Shown here piece by piece: positions 25,001-37,700 of a stretch of 64,000 nt of DNA. The translations under genes and the position numbers were made by a program. Under the pieces are notes generated by a model, which was given only the letters and a program-made list of their open reading frames with translations, did not search any database and was not told where the DNA came from. The stretch covers positions 1,240,001 to 1,304,000 of the forward strand of contig JABVCE010000007.1 in the NCBI GenBank assembly GCA_014905635.1, written 5' to 3'. Within the stretch, counting starts at the first letter, position 1. Each line of letters starts with the position of its first letter. Source of the DNA: Scenedesmus sp. PABB004 (Eukaryota).

Positions 25001-26629
25001 GGCGTGCGCGCGCGGTCGGCCGCCGCCGCCGCGCCGCTGCGTCGCCCCGGTCCGGCCAGCTGCTGCGCCGGCCCGCTGCCGCGCGCGCAGCTGTGGGGCG
25101 GCGCCCCGCAGGCGCCCCACCCCCCCCCCCCCCCCACCTGATAGAGGAACTCCGGGTCGGAGCGCCCCGCGTCCTCGGGGCTGAACTCAATGTCCGAGCA
25201 CCCCAGCGAGCGCAGGTGCTTCACCGCCGCGACCGCGTTCTCGATGACCTGCACGCACACACGCAGACACGCACCGCGGCGGCGGCGGCGGCGGTCGGCC
25301 GCCGCGCGCCGCACGCCCTCTCGCCCTCCCGCCGCCCGCCGGCTGCCGCCGCTGGGCGCGCTGGGCTGTCTCCTCGTCTAAACGTGCATCTGGCTGCCTC
25401 CATATTAACGAATGCGCCCGCACCTGGTCGCGCGTCATGCGCAGCTTGTACTGCATGTGGATCTCGCTGGTCGCGATGAACGTGTGCACGCGCGGCCGGC
25501 GCGCGTGCCGCACCGCGTCCCACGCGCGCTCGAGGTCGGCCGTCTTGGTGCGGGAGAGGCCGCAGATGACCGGAACGTACCCGTCCGGCTGCGTGGGCGG
25601 GGCGGCGCGCGCGAGGGCAGGGCGGCGGGGCGTCGGCGGGCGTCGGCGGGCCGCCGGCGGCGCCGCGCTGCGCCCGCACGCGCCGCCCGCGCGCGCCGCC
25701 CGCACGCGCCGCCCGCGCGCGCCGCCCGCGCGCTGCGCCCACGCACGCGCTCCGCCCCGCGCGTCACCTGCACGTCGTTGCCGACCTCCATCGCGATCGC
25801 GCGCACCGCCTCAAAGTCGTCGGGCGAGGCGATGGGGAAGCCGGCCTCGATGATGTCGACGCCCAGCCGCGCGAGCTGCTTCGCGATGTCCAGCTTCTCC
25901 TTGCTCGTCAGCGTCGCGCCTGCACGCGGCCGCGGCGGCGCGTGTGTGTGTGCAGCGGCGCGCGTGTGTGTGCGGCGGCGGCGCGGCGCGGGCGGCAGCG
26001 TGGGCGGCGGCGCGGCGCGGCGACTGCGGCCAGCGGCGGCGGCGCTGCCGTGGGCGGGCCTGCTGCTGCCGCGGCGCCGCGCACCCGGCGACTGCTCGCC
26101 GTCGCGCAGCGTGGTGTCAAAGATGCGGACCTGCGGGCGGGGCGCGCGGCGCGGCGCTCAGCGCTGCCGGGGGCGCTGCTGACAGCGGCGGCTGCCGCGC
26201 CGCGCCGCCGCCGCCGCGGCCCGCGCGCGCCGGCGGCGCGGTCCAACGCCGAGGCAGCAGCCCGGGGCGTGCGCCGGGGGGCCGCGCCGGCCGCCGCGGT
26301 GCCGCGATTGGCCGACGCGGCCGCGCCGCCGCTGCCGCTGCTGCCGCGCCCGCGCCGCGCCGCGGCGGGCGCGCCGCCGCCCGCGGCGCCGCTCAGCGCC
26401 TGCCGCGCGGCCCGCTGCGCCCGACCGGCGCTGGGCTGGCCCCCGCCCGCCCCGCCCCACGCCGCCGGCTCACGTAGTTGGGGTCGTCGATGCGGTTGGG
26501 GATGTATTCCGGTCGCTTGCGGGCCAGGCTGGCCGTCACCGGCGCGCAGCGCCGCGCCGAGGGGCGGGCGGGCCGCGCCGACGGCACCAGCGCGCGCCCG
26601 CCGATGCGGTGCGCCAGGGCGGGCTGCAT
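22053..26629 (-). CDS. IPMS: 2-isopropylmalate synthase, plastid-type with transit peptide and C-terminal regulatory domain
   Basis: [107 protein letters not shown]. Confidence 0.97.
22714..22870. repeat. Purine-rich (GA/GGGA)n simple repeat in an IPMS intron
   Basis: GAGGGAGGGA...GAGAGAGA tract read directly. Confidence 0.8.
24531..24560. repeat. (GT)n microsatellite in an IPMS intron
   Basis: GTGTGTGT... read directly. Confidence 0.9.
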
Positions 26630-26851
26630 GGCGGCAATGGCGCGGCTCGCGGGCCGGAGGAGGACCCCAGATCGGTGACTGACGCGGCCGTGCGCGCGGG
26701 CGGGGGGCGGGGCGGCAGCAGGAGCAGCAGCAGCAGCTGAACGGGCGCGTGCGCGGTGCAGGCTTCAGCCTCCAACCTCCGGCCGGGAGCCCCCACCACA
26801 ACGCAAACCGCCGCCGGCCGCGCTTGCCGCCGGCGACCGCGCCGCCGTGCG

Positions 26852-28720
26852 ATGGCGTTCCTCGCGCTCGGCGGCGACGCGGGCGCGCGGCCGACCTACT
26901 TTGAGGTCTACGCCGCCGACAAGCTGCTGCCCAGCCTCAAGGCCGCCGTCATCTACTCGCTCTCCGTGAGCGCGGCGCGCACGGCTCGCGGCGGCGGCGC
27001 AGCAGCGGCGCGGGAGCAGCGGCGGGGGAGCAGCGGCGCCCGCCGACGCCGCGCCGCCGACGCGCCGCCACGCCGCGCCAGGTGCTGGGACAGAGCCGCG
27101 GCTGGGTGCTGCGCGCGCTGAGCTACGAGGACGAGGTCTTTGCGGCCGTCGCCCTCGCGCTCGAGCGCGCGAGCCTGCTCGGCCTGCACGCGACGTTTGC
27201 CGAGAGCCTCTACGGCCTACGCCGCGCGCCGCTGCTGCCGCCGCCCCCGCCGGCGCCGCCGGGCGGCGCCCCCGCCGCCGCCGGCGCGGCGCAGCTCCCC
27301 GCCGCCGGGGAGCTGAGCCGCCGCCAGCTGTACCAGGCGCTCGCGTGCCAGGTGCGCAGCGGCCCCGGCGGCGGCGCAGCTCGCAGCGGCCCGTGCCCAG
27401 GCATGCGTCCGCGCGCGCCCGCCTGCCAGGTCCTGCTGCCCTACCTGAAGGCCAAGCTCGACCGCTGGCACGCGGCGCACGCGCACCGCGGCGTCCTCGG
27501 CCTCGCGGTCGCGCGCGCGGCGGCGGCGGCGGCGGCGCAGCAGCAGCAGCAGCAGCAGGTGCGCGCCAGCGCCGGCGCCGCGCCGAGCGCCACGCCGAGC
27601 GCCGCGCCGCGCGTCGCGCCGGCCGCCGCGCGGCGCGAGCGCCCGCGCCTGCACGCGCGCGCCCCGCAGGAGGCCGGCGCGCTGTCGCGCGCCGCCGCGG
27701 CGCTGCGGCGGCACGGCGCCGCCGCGCTCGTGGCGGCGTACCCCTACGTCCACGCGGGGCTGGAGGGCTTGAAGTTTGCCCACCAGCTGGCCTACCTGCT
27801 GGACGTGTACGACGTCCACAGCCCCGTGCTGCGCCTGCTGGGCCAGCGCCTCGTGCGGCTGTCGGGGCACGAGCTGGTGCGCCGCGGCGGTGGAGGTGGG
27901 GGTGGGGGGGGGGGGGGGGGGGCGTGGGCGGCGGCGCCGCCCGGCCCCTGCGCCACGCGGCGGCGGCGTGACTCCCTCGCACTGCGCGCCGCGCCGCGCC
28001 GCGCCGCAGGCCGACCTGGAGCGGAAGAAGCAGGCGCAGCGGCAGGCGGCGCTGGCGCGCGCCGCGGCGCGCCCGTCGCGCGCCGCCGCGGCGGCGCACC
28101 ACTGGTGGCTGCGCGGCAGCGCCGCCGTGTCCGACCACCTGCGCAGCGCGCTGATACTCGCCGTGTTTGGCTTCAAGGTCGGCCGGCCGGCCTGGCACAC
28201 CAGCCCCGCGCGCGCGCGGGCGGCGGCCAGCTCAGCGCCCTCGCGCCGTCGCGCCGTTTCCGCGGGCGCGCCGACCGCCGCCGCGCCGCCCGCGCCGCCC
28301 GCGCCGCGCCGCGCCGCGCGCAGATCCTGGAGTGGTGGTACACGTCAGCAGAGGACCGCCTCGCCAGCGCGGCCGCGCTGCCGCCGCCGCCGGCGCCGCC
28401 GGCGCCCAAGCCGCACCCGCGCGGCGTCGGCCTGCCGGCCGACCCCGCCGACTGCCCGCTGTGCCGGTGCGCGCGCCGCCGCGCGGCCCCCGGCGCCCGC
28501 GCCCGGCGCCCGCCGTTGGTTGCGCGCGCCGCCCACGACCCCGCGCCCGCGCCGGCGCGTGCGCAGGCAGCGCCGCGTCAACCCCGCGCTGCTGGCGGTG
28601 TCGGGCTACGTGTTCTGCTACCCCTGCGTCTTCCGCCACGTCAGCGAGGCGCACGCGTGCCCCGTCACGCGCGCGCCCGCCGCGCTCGACCACGTGCGCC
28701 GCCTCTACGAGGCCACGTGA
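26852..28720 (+). CDS. PEX12: Peroxin 12 (Pex2/12 N domain plus degenerate RING)
   Basis: RPTYFEV, ATFAESLYGLRR, LLPYLKAKLD, FGFK|ILEWWY, PPPP, CPLC..RVNP..SGYVFCYPC..CPVT. Confidence 0.93.
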
Positions 28721-29323
28721 CGCGTGTCGCGGGGCCCCCGCACACACGACCACGCCACCACGCGCCCTGGGTGGCGCCCGACGAACGAGCCGGGCACGCC
28801 CGCCCCCACCCGAGGCGTCGCCGCCGGTGCGCGCTGCGCGGCGGGCGGCGGCCGGGCGCGCTGCGCGGCGGGCGGCCGGGCGCGCGGCGTCGGCGCGCCG
28901 ACCCTGCCTGACCACGCCTGGCCCGACGGCCCACCACGCCGCCCGCAGGCGCTGCCACCGGCCGCCCACCACCGTCCACCGTTGACCGCCGCCGCCGCCG
29001 CCGTCGCCCACCCTGAGGCCGACACCGCGGCGGGCGCGGACCCGAGCTCCGGGTGCTCCCGGGAGGCGCCGGGCGGCGAATGCGCGTCGCGTGATCGCCA
29101 CCGGCCGCTCGGCCGTGCGCGACGTGAACTTGAGCCCCGCTCCCCGCCGCCTGGGCGCCGGCCGCGCCCCGCCGCGCCGCACAGCGCTGTTTGAGGACAC
29201 ACGTCGCCACCCCCGACACGCTAGCCGCGCCGAACGTGCTGCTCCGCGGAGCCTTGCGAGACCGGCCCGCCCCGTCGAGCCTAGCCGCGCCGCGCCGGCC
29301 CCCATGGGCCGGGCGTGCCGCTC

Positions 29324-30221
29324 ATGATGCGCCCCGGGCTGCGCAGCGCCGGCAACAGCAAGCTCTGGATGGCCGCGCCCGGCGGGCCCCCGTCCGCCGC
29401 GGCCGGCCTGGGCGTGCGCGCGGCGGCCGGCGGCCTGGGCAAGGCCGCGGGACTCGCCTCGCCAGCGACCGGCGCCAGCCTCGCGGCGCTCTACTCCGCG
29501 GTCCGCTCCGCGCAGCGCCAGGGCCACGCGCTCACGCCCGCGCAGGTCGAGGAGATCTGCGCCGTCATAGGTGCGTCGTCCCGGGCCAGCCCCGGCCCGC
29601 GGCGCCGCGTGTGGAGGGCGGGCGGGTGGCCAGGCATTCGCTCGCTGCTGCCCCGCGCCCATGCCCGCCCCGGCGCCGCGCCCCGGCCGCAGAGAACATC
29701 CCCCTGGAGGAACTCGGCGTGGACGCCAGCCTGGGCCAGGTGCGGCGCCGCCGGCGGCGCGCGGCGGCGGGCGGCGCACGCGGCAGCGGCGCTCGCGGCG
29801 GCACCCCGCCCTCGCCCCGGCGCCCCGCCCTCACCCCGGCGCCCGGCCGCGGCAGGCGATGCCCTACGGCACGGCGGCGGGCGCGCGGGAGCTGCGCTCG
29901 CGGCTGCGCACGCGCGGCGGCAGGTGCGCGCGGCGCGGCGCGGCGCCGCGCCGCGTCGCGCCCCGCCCCGCCGCGCGCGCGCCCACGGCCTCCCCCCCCC
30001 CCCCCCCCCGTGTGCCGCCCGGTGTGCGGTGCAGGGGCGTGGTGACGTACCTGGACATCCACGACGACCCCACGATGACGATCGGCATCTTCCAGCTGCC
30101 GCCCGGCAGCCGCATGCCGCTGCACGACCACCCCGGCATGACCGTGTTCAGCAGGCGCGCGCGGCGGCTGCGCGGCGGCAGCGGGGCGGCAGCGACGGCA
30201 GCGGCGGGGCGGCGGGGGGCA

Positions 30222-30262
<41 letters not shown>

Positions 30263-31150
30263 GAGCAGAGCGGCTGGCTGAGGCCTGACCCCACGTCCCC
30301 TGCCCCCCCCCCCACCCCGCAGGCTGCTGTACGGCACGCTGCACGTGCGCGCGTATGACTGGGTCAACCCGCCGGCGCACAGCGGCGCGGCGTGCAGCCC
30401 CACGAGCAGCGACGCGAGCAGCAACAGCAGCAGCTGCACGACGCACGAGCCCGGCCGCGGCGGCGGCAGTGGCGCCGGCGGCGACGGCGGCGGCGACGGC
30501 AGCGGCGGCGGCGGCGACGACGCGGTGCAGCCGGCGCGGCTCGTGACCGACCGCGTGCTCACGGCGCCGGCGGACACGATGGTGCTGTTCCCCCGCTCGG
30601 GTGCGGCGCGGGCGCGGCCGCGGGGGGCAGGCAGCGCCCGCGCCGCGCCGCGCCGCGCAGCCGCCCCCGCCCACGCCGCGCCGCTCACGCCGCTCACGCC
30701 GCGCCGCGCGTCGTCGTCCGTCCCCCAGGCGGCAACATCCACGCCTTCACCGCGATCAGCCCGTGCGCGATCCTGGACGTGCTGACGCCGCCGTACGGCA
30801 ACCGGCAGTGCACCTACTACCGCGAGGTCTTCCCGCCGCAGTGGCTCGGCGCGGACGGGCGCCCCGCGCTCGTGCCGAGCGAGGACGTCGCGAGCTGGGT
30901 CGCGTGGCAGCACCCGCAGGCGCAGGCGCAGGCGCCGTCGCAGCAGGAGCAGCAGGAGCAGCAGGCGCAGCTGCAGCAGCAGCAGCAGCAGCAGGGCGGC
31001 GGCACCGCCGGCGGCGGCGGCGGCGGCGCCGGCTTTGGCGTGGCGGGGCGGGACGACATTGTGGTGGGCCTCGAGGCGTGGCGCGAGCCCGCCGACTTCC
31101 ACGTCGCGCGCGGCCTCTACACCGGGCAGCGCGTGACGCACGGCGGCTGA
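29324..31150 (+). CDS. Plant cysteine oxidase / cysteamine dioxygenase (PCO_ADO cupin)
   Basis: [64 protein letters not shown]; three metal-binding His present. Confidence 0.92.
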
Positions 31151-32075
31151 TGCGAGGCGGGGGCGGGAGGGTGAGTCCTGGGGCGGGCGGGGGGAATTGG
31201 ATCTCGCGCGCGGGTCTGTTGCGGCCGGCCTGTCGTTTGTTGCCGCGTTAGCTCGTCTGTCCCTTGTGCCGCGGCGGGCGCGGCGCGGCGGCATGTCACG
31301 CCGCAGCGCCGCGCCGCCGCGCGCGTGTGCTTTTTGCTGGCCGACGTGCGTGTGTGCGCCGCGGGCGGCGGCGGCCACGCGGGCCCCGCCCCCGTGCCGC
31401 TCCGCGGCATCCTCACTTAACCAGAGAGACGGGGGCTGGAAGCGAGCGCGCGCGGGGTATGCACACGTCACACGCACGCTGCACGGCAGGCGGCGGGCCT
31501 CGGGCGCCCGCCCGGACCGCGCTGCTGCTGCTGCTGCTCGGGCTGGCGCGGCGGGGCGGGGCAGGGCGCGCCCCGCTTTGCCCGCCGCGCGGCCCATGGG
31601 ATTGTGACTGCACTCGCTTGCCGTGGCGCGGGCGCGCCGCACGCGCGGCCGCCCGCCCACCGGCAGACGCTCTCTTGCGCGGCGCTCGCGCCGCGCGCCG
31701 CTCGCGCGCCGCCCGTGGTCCGGGCGGCGCCGGCGGCGCGCGCGGCTCCCAAGAATTGTGCGTGCGGCCCACCACCGCTGGTGATCGTGCCAGCCTCGGA
31801 CACCCTCGCCCTCGCTTTCTATTGCGCGACCCGCGGGCCGCGTGCGGGGCGCACGCCGGCCCTGTCGCATCGTGCGCACGGCAGCCACAGCGTCGTGTGT
31901 GAGAGAGGCACCTGTGGAGTAAACGCGCGCCTCGTGATCCGTTACCCGCTCCCGCCAGGCGGCCTTGCCGAGTCCCCCGCCCCGCCGGCGCGTCGCCCCC
32001 AGTGCTTGGTCGCCCCGCCGCGCGCGGGCCGCCGCCGACCGGCAGCCGCGCCTGCCCGAGCCGAGCCGCCAGCCG

Positions 32076-34193
32076 TCACCGCGGCTTGGCGCGCCCCGCC
32101 GCGGCGCCGAGCATGAGCAGGCGCGTCGCGGTGTAGAGCTCTTCTTTGAGCATCATCAGCAGCGCCGCCGCCAGAACCGTCTGCGCGGCGCGAGCGCGCG
32201 CACGCGGGCGCGCGCCTCGGCGGCGCACGTGCGCCGGCGCGCGCGCCGGCGCGCGCGCCCCGCGCGCCCCGCGCGCCCCGCGCGCCCGGCAAAACACAAC
32301 CGCCGCCGCGCGCGCCTGCAGGAGCTTGACGCGCATGCCCTTGTAGAAGCCGCGCAGGCCCTCGTCCGCGGCCATGCGCGCGACCGCGTCCCACACGCCC
32401 GTGTATTGCATCTCCGCGCGCGTGTGCCGGTTGATCGACTGCGCAGCGCCCGCGGCGGCGGCGCCCGCAGCGGCTCGCGGCGGCGGCGCGGCGGCTCGCG
32501 GCCGGCGCGCAGGCGCGGCCCCCCGGCTGCCGCGCAGCGGGCGAGCCCCGCCCCGCCCCGCCGCCGCTGCCGCCGCGCCTGCAGCCGGTTTTTGACGACG
32601 AGCAGAGGGTACGTCACGAGCGTCGCGCCGATCTTGGCAAAGGCAGACAGGACAAAGATGTCGAGCGGCCCCAGGGCCAGCCCCGGCTTGGCGCCGGCGC
32701 CGTCGCCGCCGCGCAGCGCGTGCGCGCCGCCGCGCCCGCGGCGCCGCCGGGCGCGCGCCTGCCACTCGAGCGCGCGCGCGACGAGCGACTCGTACTGCGG
32801 CAAAGGGGGGAGAGAGGCGGGGAGGCGTTTGGTCAGCGGGCGGCCGCGGCCACGCGCCCCACACGCTGTGCTGTGGCTGCCCGCCCCGCCAGCCCCTCCA
32901 ACCCCGCCCTCCCACCCTCCTCCCCGCCCGCCCACACAACAGCACGCACCAGGATGTACTGGATGGTGGGGTTGACCACCATGACCATGCTCGGGGCCAG
33001 GCCCTGCGCGCGGGTGTGCGCGGCGCGCGGCGCGACGCGTCGGCGCCCGCGCCCGCTCGCGCGCGCTGCTCCGCCGCCCCGCGGCGCGCGCCGCCGCCCG
33101 TGCCGCCGCCGCCCGCGCCGCCGCGGGCCGCCGCCCTCCGCGGCACGCTCCCTCCCTCCCTCTCCCTCTCGCCTTGAAGAAGCCTGCGAGGCCCTGGTCG
33201 GCGTACATCTGGCGCACGACCGCGGCCATGCCCATGCCGGGGCGCTGCCGCGAGAGCGCCTGCATCTGCGTGATGACCACCCAGATGGGGTTGGTGAGCA
33301 GCACGTTCACCAGGCCCGCCACGCCCGCGACGAGCATGCTCGCGCCGACGCCGATGCCGACCGACTTGCCGCCGTCGGGCGGCGGCGCCGCCGGCGCCGG
33401 CCCGCGCGGCCCGCCGCGCGCCGCCGCGAGCGCCGCCATCTTGTGCGCCTGCGTTGGGCGGCGGCGGCGGCGCGTGGGCGGCGCGTGGGCGGCGCGTGGG
33501 CGCGCGCGGCGTGCCGGGCTCTGCCGCGCCGGCGGCAGGCGGCGTGATAGCGCGCCGGCGGCGGCGGCACGGCGCGGCGCGGCGCACCACCGCCATCTGG
33601 CGCAGCATGCTGTACACGGTGTGGTACACGCCCTGCGACGTCGCCGTCGCGACGACGGCGGGCTTGAGACCCGCAAACAGCGCGCGCCAGCTGTGCTCGC
33701 GCGTGAACTCTGCGGCGACGCGCGGCGGCGATACGGGGCGTGAGCGCGCACACGCGGGCGCCGCGCTGCCTCGGCCGCGGCGCCGCGCGCTGCGCTGCTA
33801 GCTTGCGGGCGGGCGTCCGAGGCGGGCCGGTGCTGCGCGGCGCGGCGGTGCACGGCGCGCACGTATGACGTCCTGGACGGGCCCCGGCAGCAGGCGCAGC
33901 TTGCCCTGCAGCTGCTTCTGCCCGCTGCCGTCGTCGCGCAGCTCCAGCGCGCGCAGCGTGGACACCTGCGGCGCGGCGGGCGCCGGCGGCGGCGCGGCGG
34001 CCCAGGGTGGCGACGCGGCGGTGCGGCGGCGACCAGCGCGACCAGCGCGTGCAGCAAGGCGACAGCCCGGGTAGCAGCGCCCGTCGGCGCCACGACGCCG
34101 CCGCACCGTGAGCAGCGGGTAGGTGGCCACGAGCGCGGTGACCGCACCGATGGCGCCGGCCACGCCCTCAATCGCCGCGTCGGACGCCGCCAT
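32076..34193 (-). CDS. Mitochondrial carrier family (SLC25) protein, peroxisomal PXN/PMP34-like
   Basis: Three carrier repeats (ATYPLLTV, LTNPIWVV, VTYPLLVVKNRLQ), NPTIQY.LYE, EGLRGFYKGM..KLLQTVLAAALL; these motifs resemble peroxisomal nucleotide carriers. Confidence 0.85.
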
Positions 34194-34743
34194 GTCCCCT
34201 CAGTGCTGCCACGCTGGCACGCCCGGCCGCGCGCCGGGCACGGGCCCCCGCCGCCCTCCGGGAGAGCACACTGCGTCCCCGCAGCCGACGGGCCGTCCAC
34301 GGGCAGCGAGCCGCTCGCAAGGGCGGCGGGCCGCGCGGCGGCGGCGGGCGCTGCTGCGAGGGCGCGCGGGCGCGGTCGCTGGTGGCGCGTGCTGCAGCTG
34401 CGCCTGCGAGCCAGACGGTGTGTCCAGTCACCGAGGTGGGGCGCGGCCCGTTCAGCCGACGCGCGGCGGGGCAGCGGCGGTTGAGCGGCGCCGCGCGTCA
34501 CGCGACCGCGGCGCGCCACCGGCCGCCAATCGCGGCCGCGCGCGCTCTTCCCCGGTGCGCTGCCGACGCAGCACGACCGCCGGCGACCGCAGCTGCGGCC
34601 GGTCTCAGAGAGCAGCACCCTCCCGAGCAGCCCGCTCCTCGATCCGGGCGCTCTGCCTGCGGCCAGCGGTCGGCCGCGCTAGATGCCGACCTGAGCCGGT
34701 GCGCCGCAGCCGCCTGCGGGCGCGCGGCGGCGGCCGCGGCAGA

Positions 34744-37700
34744 ATGGCGACGGCGCCGCCGCCCGGGGACGCGGCCGCCTCCGCGGCGATGGCGGAGCTC
34801 ACGGCGCTGCAGCAGCTCGCGCTGCGCATGCGGCGCGAGATGCCGGGCCTGCGGGAGCGGTGCGCGTCGCGCCGCGCGCGCCGCCGCGCGTGCGCTGCTC
34901 GCGCGCGTGCGCTGCTCGCGCAGCGACCGCCCGCCGCCGGCCGCGCCGACCGCGCCGCGCCGCGCCGCGCCGCGCCGCGCCGCGCCGCCGCAGCACGGTG
35001 CACCTGCAGACCTTTCGCTGGACCTTCCACGGCCACCAGGCCGTGGCGTACCTGGTCTCGGCGGGGGTCGCGGCCGACGCGGACGCCGCGGTCGGCCTCT
35101 GCCAGCGCCTGCTGTGCCACTCGTTCGTCAAGAGCGTCGGCTCGACGCACCGCGACGCCTTCACCAACGACGGCGAGCTCTACCGCTTCAGCAGCGCCAT
35201 GCTCGACAACACGCGCGGCCACAAGGGCCTCACCGGCCTGACCAGCACGCCGTTTTACAAGGAGATCGCCAAGCTCAGCAAGGCGGCGGCGCAGCCGTTC
35301 AAGCAGGTGCAGGTGTCGCTCAACGAGTCGCTCGCCACCCTGGGCAGCCTCTCGGCGCCCCGCGTCGCCGCGGCCGGCGCAGCCGGCAACGGCGGCCTCG
35401 GTGCCGGCGGCGGCGGCGGCGCCGCCGGCACGCCGCTTGGCATCAGTCGGCTCGGCCGGCTGCCGTCGCGGCGGCGCAGCGTCAACGGGCGCGGCGGCGC
35501 GCTCGAGCAGCTGGGCGGCGCGGGGCTGCTGCACGCGCTGGCCGACGCGCCGGGCGACCGCGTCGCCGCGGTGATCGCGGAGCTGCAGGCGCTGCAGGCC
35601 GAGGTCAAGGAGAGCACCGGCCTGATGCGGCTGGACCTGCAGCAGCACACCGCGCTGCAGGAGCACATGGTGGGGCTGCTGGTCGCGCAGCAGGCGCACC
35701 AGCACGCGATGCTCGTGCTCGCGGCCGCCATCGCGGCGTCCGCAGCGCTGCTGCTGGCGGCCGTGGCGCCGCCGGGCGCCTGGGCGCTGCAGGCGGCGGG
35801 CGCGGCGCTGCTGCTGGTCGTCGCGGCGGTGGCGGCGCCGCGGCGGCTGCACCTCGCGCCGCACGGCGTGGCCGCGCGGCTGCTGCGGCACGCCGGGCTG
35901 GGCGGCGCGATCGCGGCCGCCAGCGAGCACAAGGCGGGGCGGCAGCTGGCGCGGCAGTCGCGGGGGCTGCCTGCCCTCAGCACGGTGCGGGGGCGGCGGC
36001 GCGCACGGCGCGCGCGGCGCGCGCATCCGCCGCTCGGCTCACGCTGCCCCGCCGCGCGCGCCGCGCGCCCGCGCCAGGTCAGCGCGGACGGCAGCGTGGC
36101 CGCGCAGCCCGGCTCGGCCGTCGCGAGCGACGCGTCGAGCGTGGCCGGCGAGCTCGGCCGGCCCGAGCCGGGCGGCGAGCTGGGCGGCGCCGGCGACGAC
36201 GACGACGACTGGGAGGAGTGGGCGGGCCCGGCGCTCGAAGATTTCGACGACTGGCCCGACGCCCCCGTCATGCTCGTCCCCGAGCCGGCCACGCGGCAGT
36301 CGTTCGGCGGGCCGGCGCCGGGGCCGTGCGGCGCGCTGGCGGTCAACGCCGGCGCGATCCCGTTTGAGAGCGAGCTGTTCAGCGGCGCGCTCGCCGTCTA
36401 CGTGCGGCACCTGCCCACAACGCCGCCGCACCTCTTCAAGGGCAAGAAGCGGCTCGTCTGGATCGCGCTGCAGGTGGGCGGTGGGGCCGGCAGCGCAGCG
36501 GTCGCGGCGGCGGGGCCCGCGCGCGGCGCCCGCGGCGCCCGCGCCAGCGCCGCGGCGGCCCGAGCGCCGCGCCGCGCGCAGGGCACGTTCAAGCGCCCCA
36601 TCTCCATGGACGCGCTGGTGTGTGGGCAGGACTTTGGGCGCAAGCTGGCCAACCTGCCCGCGCCATGGCTCATCGACAACATGCTGCTGCCGCTCGCGCG
36701 CAAGATCAGCCCCGCGCTGCGCGTGGGCAGCGTGGAGCGCCCCTACTTCCACTCCCCCCTCATCACAGCCAGCCAGGCGCGGCGCGGCGGCGGCGGCCTG
36801 TGAACTAGACTCGCGGCGCCCCGCCGCGCGGCCGCCGAGCGGCCCGCGCCGCGCGCGCGCGCGCAGGTGGTCAACGTGGCGCTGCCGGGCGCCGCGCCGC
36901 CGCTGATGGAGGCGCGGGAGGACGTCAGCCTCGTGGTCGAGGCGCTCGCTGGGCGGCCAGGTGCGCGCGGCGCACGGCGCCGCTCCCGCCGGCCGCCGCC
37001 GGCCGCCGCCGCCGGCCGCCTCGCTGACGCCCGCGCGGCCGCGCAGGCGAGCTCGGCAGCGTCGCCGCGCGGCGCAAGCTCTTCCAGAGCGCGGGCGCGC
37101 GGGCGCGCGCGGTCTTTGAGCCGGGGCTCGTCTGGACCTTCCACCTCTGGCAGGAGTGAGCGCCGCCGCCGCCGCCGCCCGCCCGCCCGGCCGGCCACCC
37201 GCCCGCCCGCCCGCCTGCAACCGCTCAGTCGGCCGGCCAAACAATCACTACGCCCCCCGCGCCCCGCGCAGGTACATCGACTACGCGCACTACCTGCTCA
37301 GCCTCGGCTACTCCAGCTACGACCTCACGCAGCACCTCGACGGCCAGCCGCTGCAGGCGCGCGCCGCAGCCTGCCGCAGCCTGCCGCGCCACGCGCCGCC
37401 GCCACGCGCCGCCGCAGCCTGCCGCGCTGCGCGCCGCCGCAGCCGTCCGCGCGCTCACGACCCCGCCGCGTGCGCGCGCAGGTGATGCTCAAGGACCTGG
37501 CCACCGGCGTGCACCTGCTCAACCTGCAGGTGTGGCACAGCAACCTCGTGCGCAGCAGCCAGCGCAACGGGCGCAGCCATACGCGGTGAGCGCGGCGCGG
37601 CGCGGCGCGCGCTCGAGCCGCCCGGGTGCCCCGCGCGCGCTGGCGCCTCATGCCCTGCCGCGCCGGCTCGCAGGGGGCGCGCCCGCGACCGCAGCACGCA

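Noticed and set aside
31151..32075. Hidden gene or ncRNA in the long PCO-carrier gap
   Set aside because: No coding-like codon bias or recognisable RNA motif; consistent with two convergent 3' UTRs.
26852..34193. Peroxisomal gene cluster (PEX12 and PXN-like carrier)
   Set aside because: Only two genes, separated by an unrelated one; proximity is plausibly chance without synteny data.
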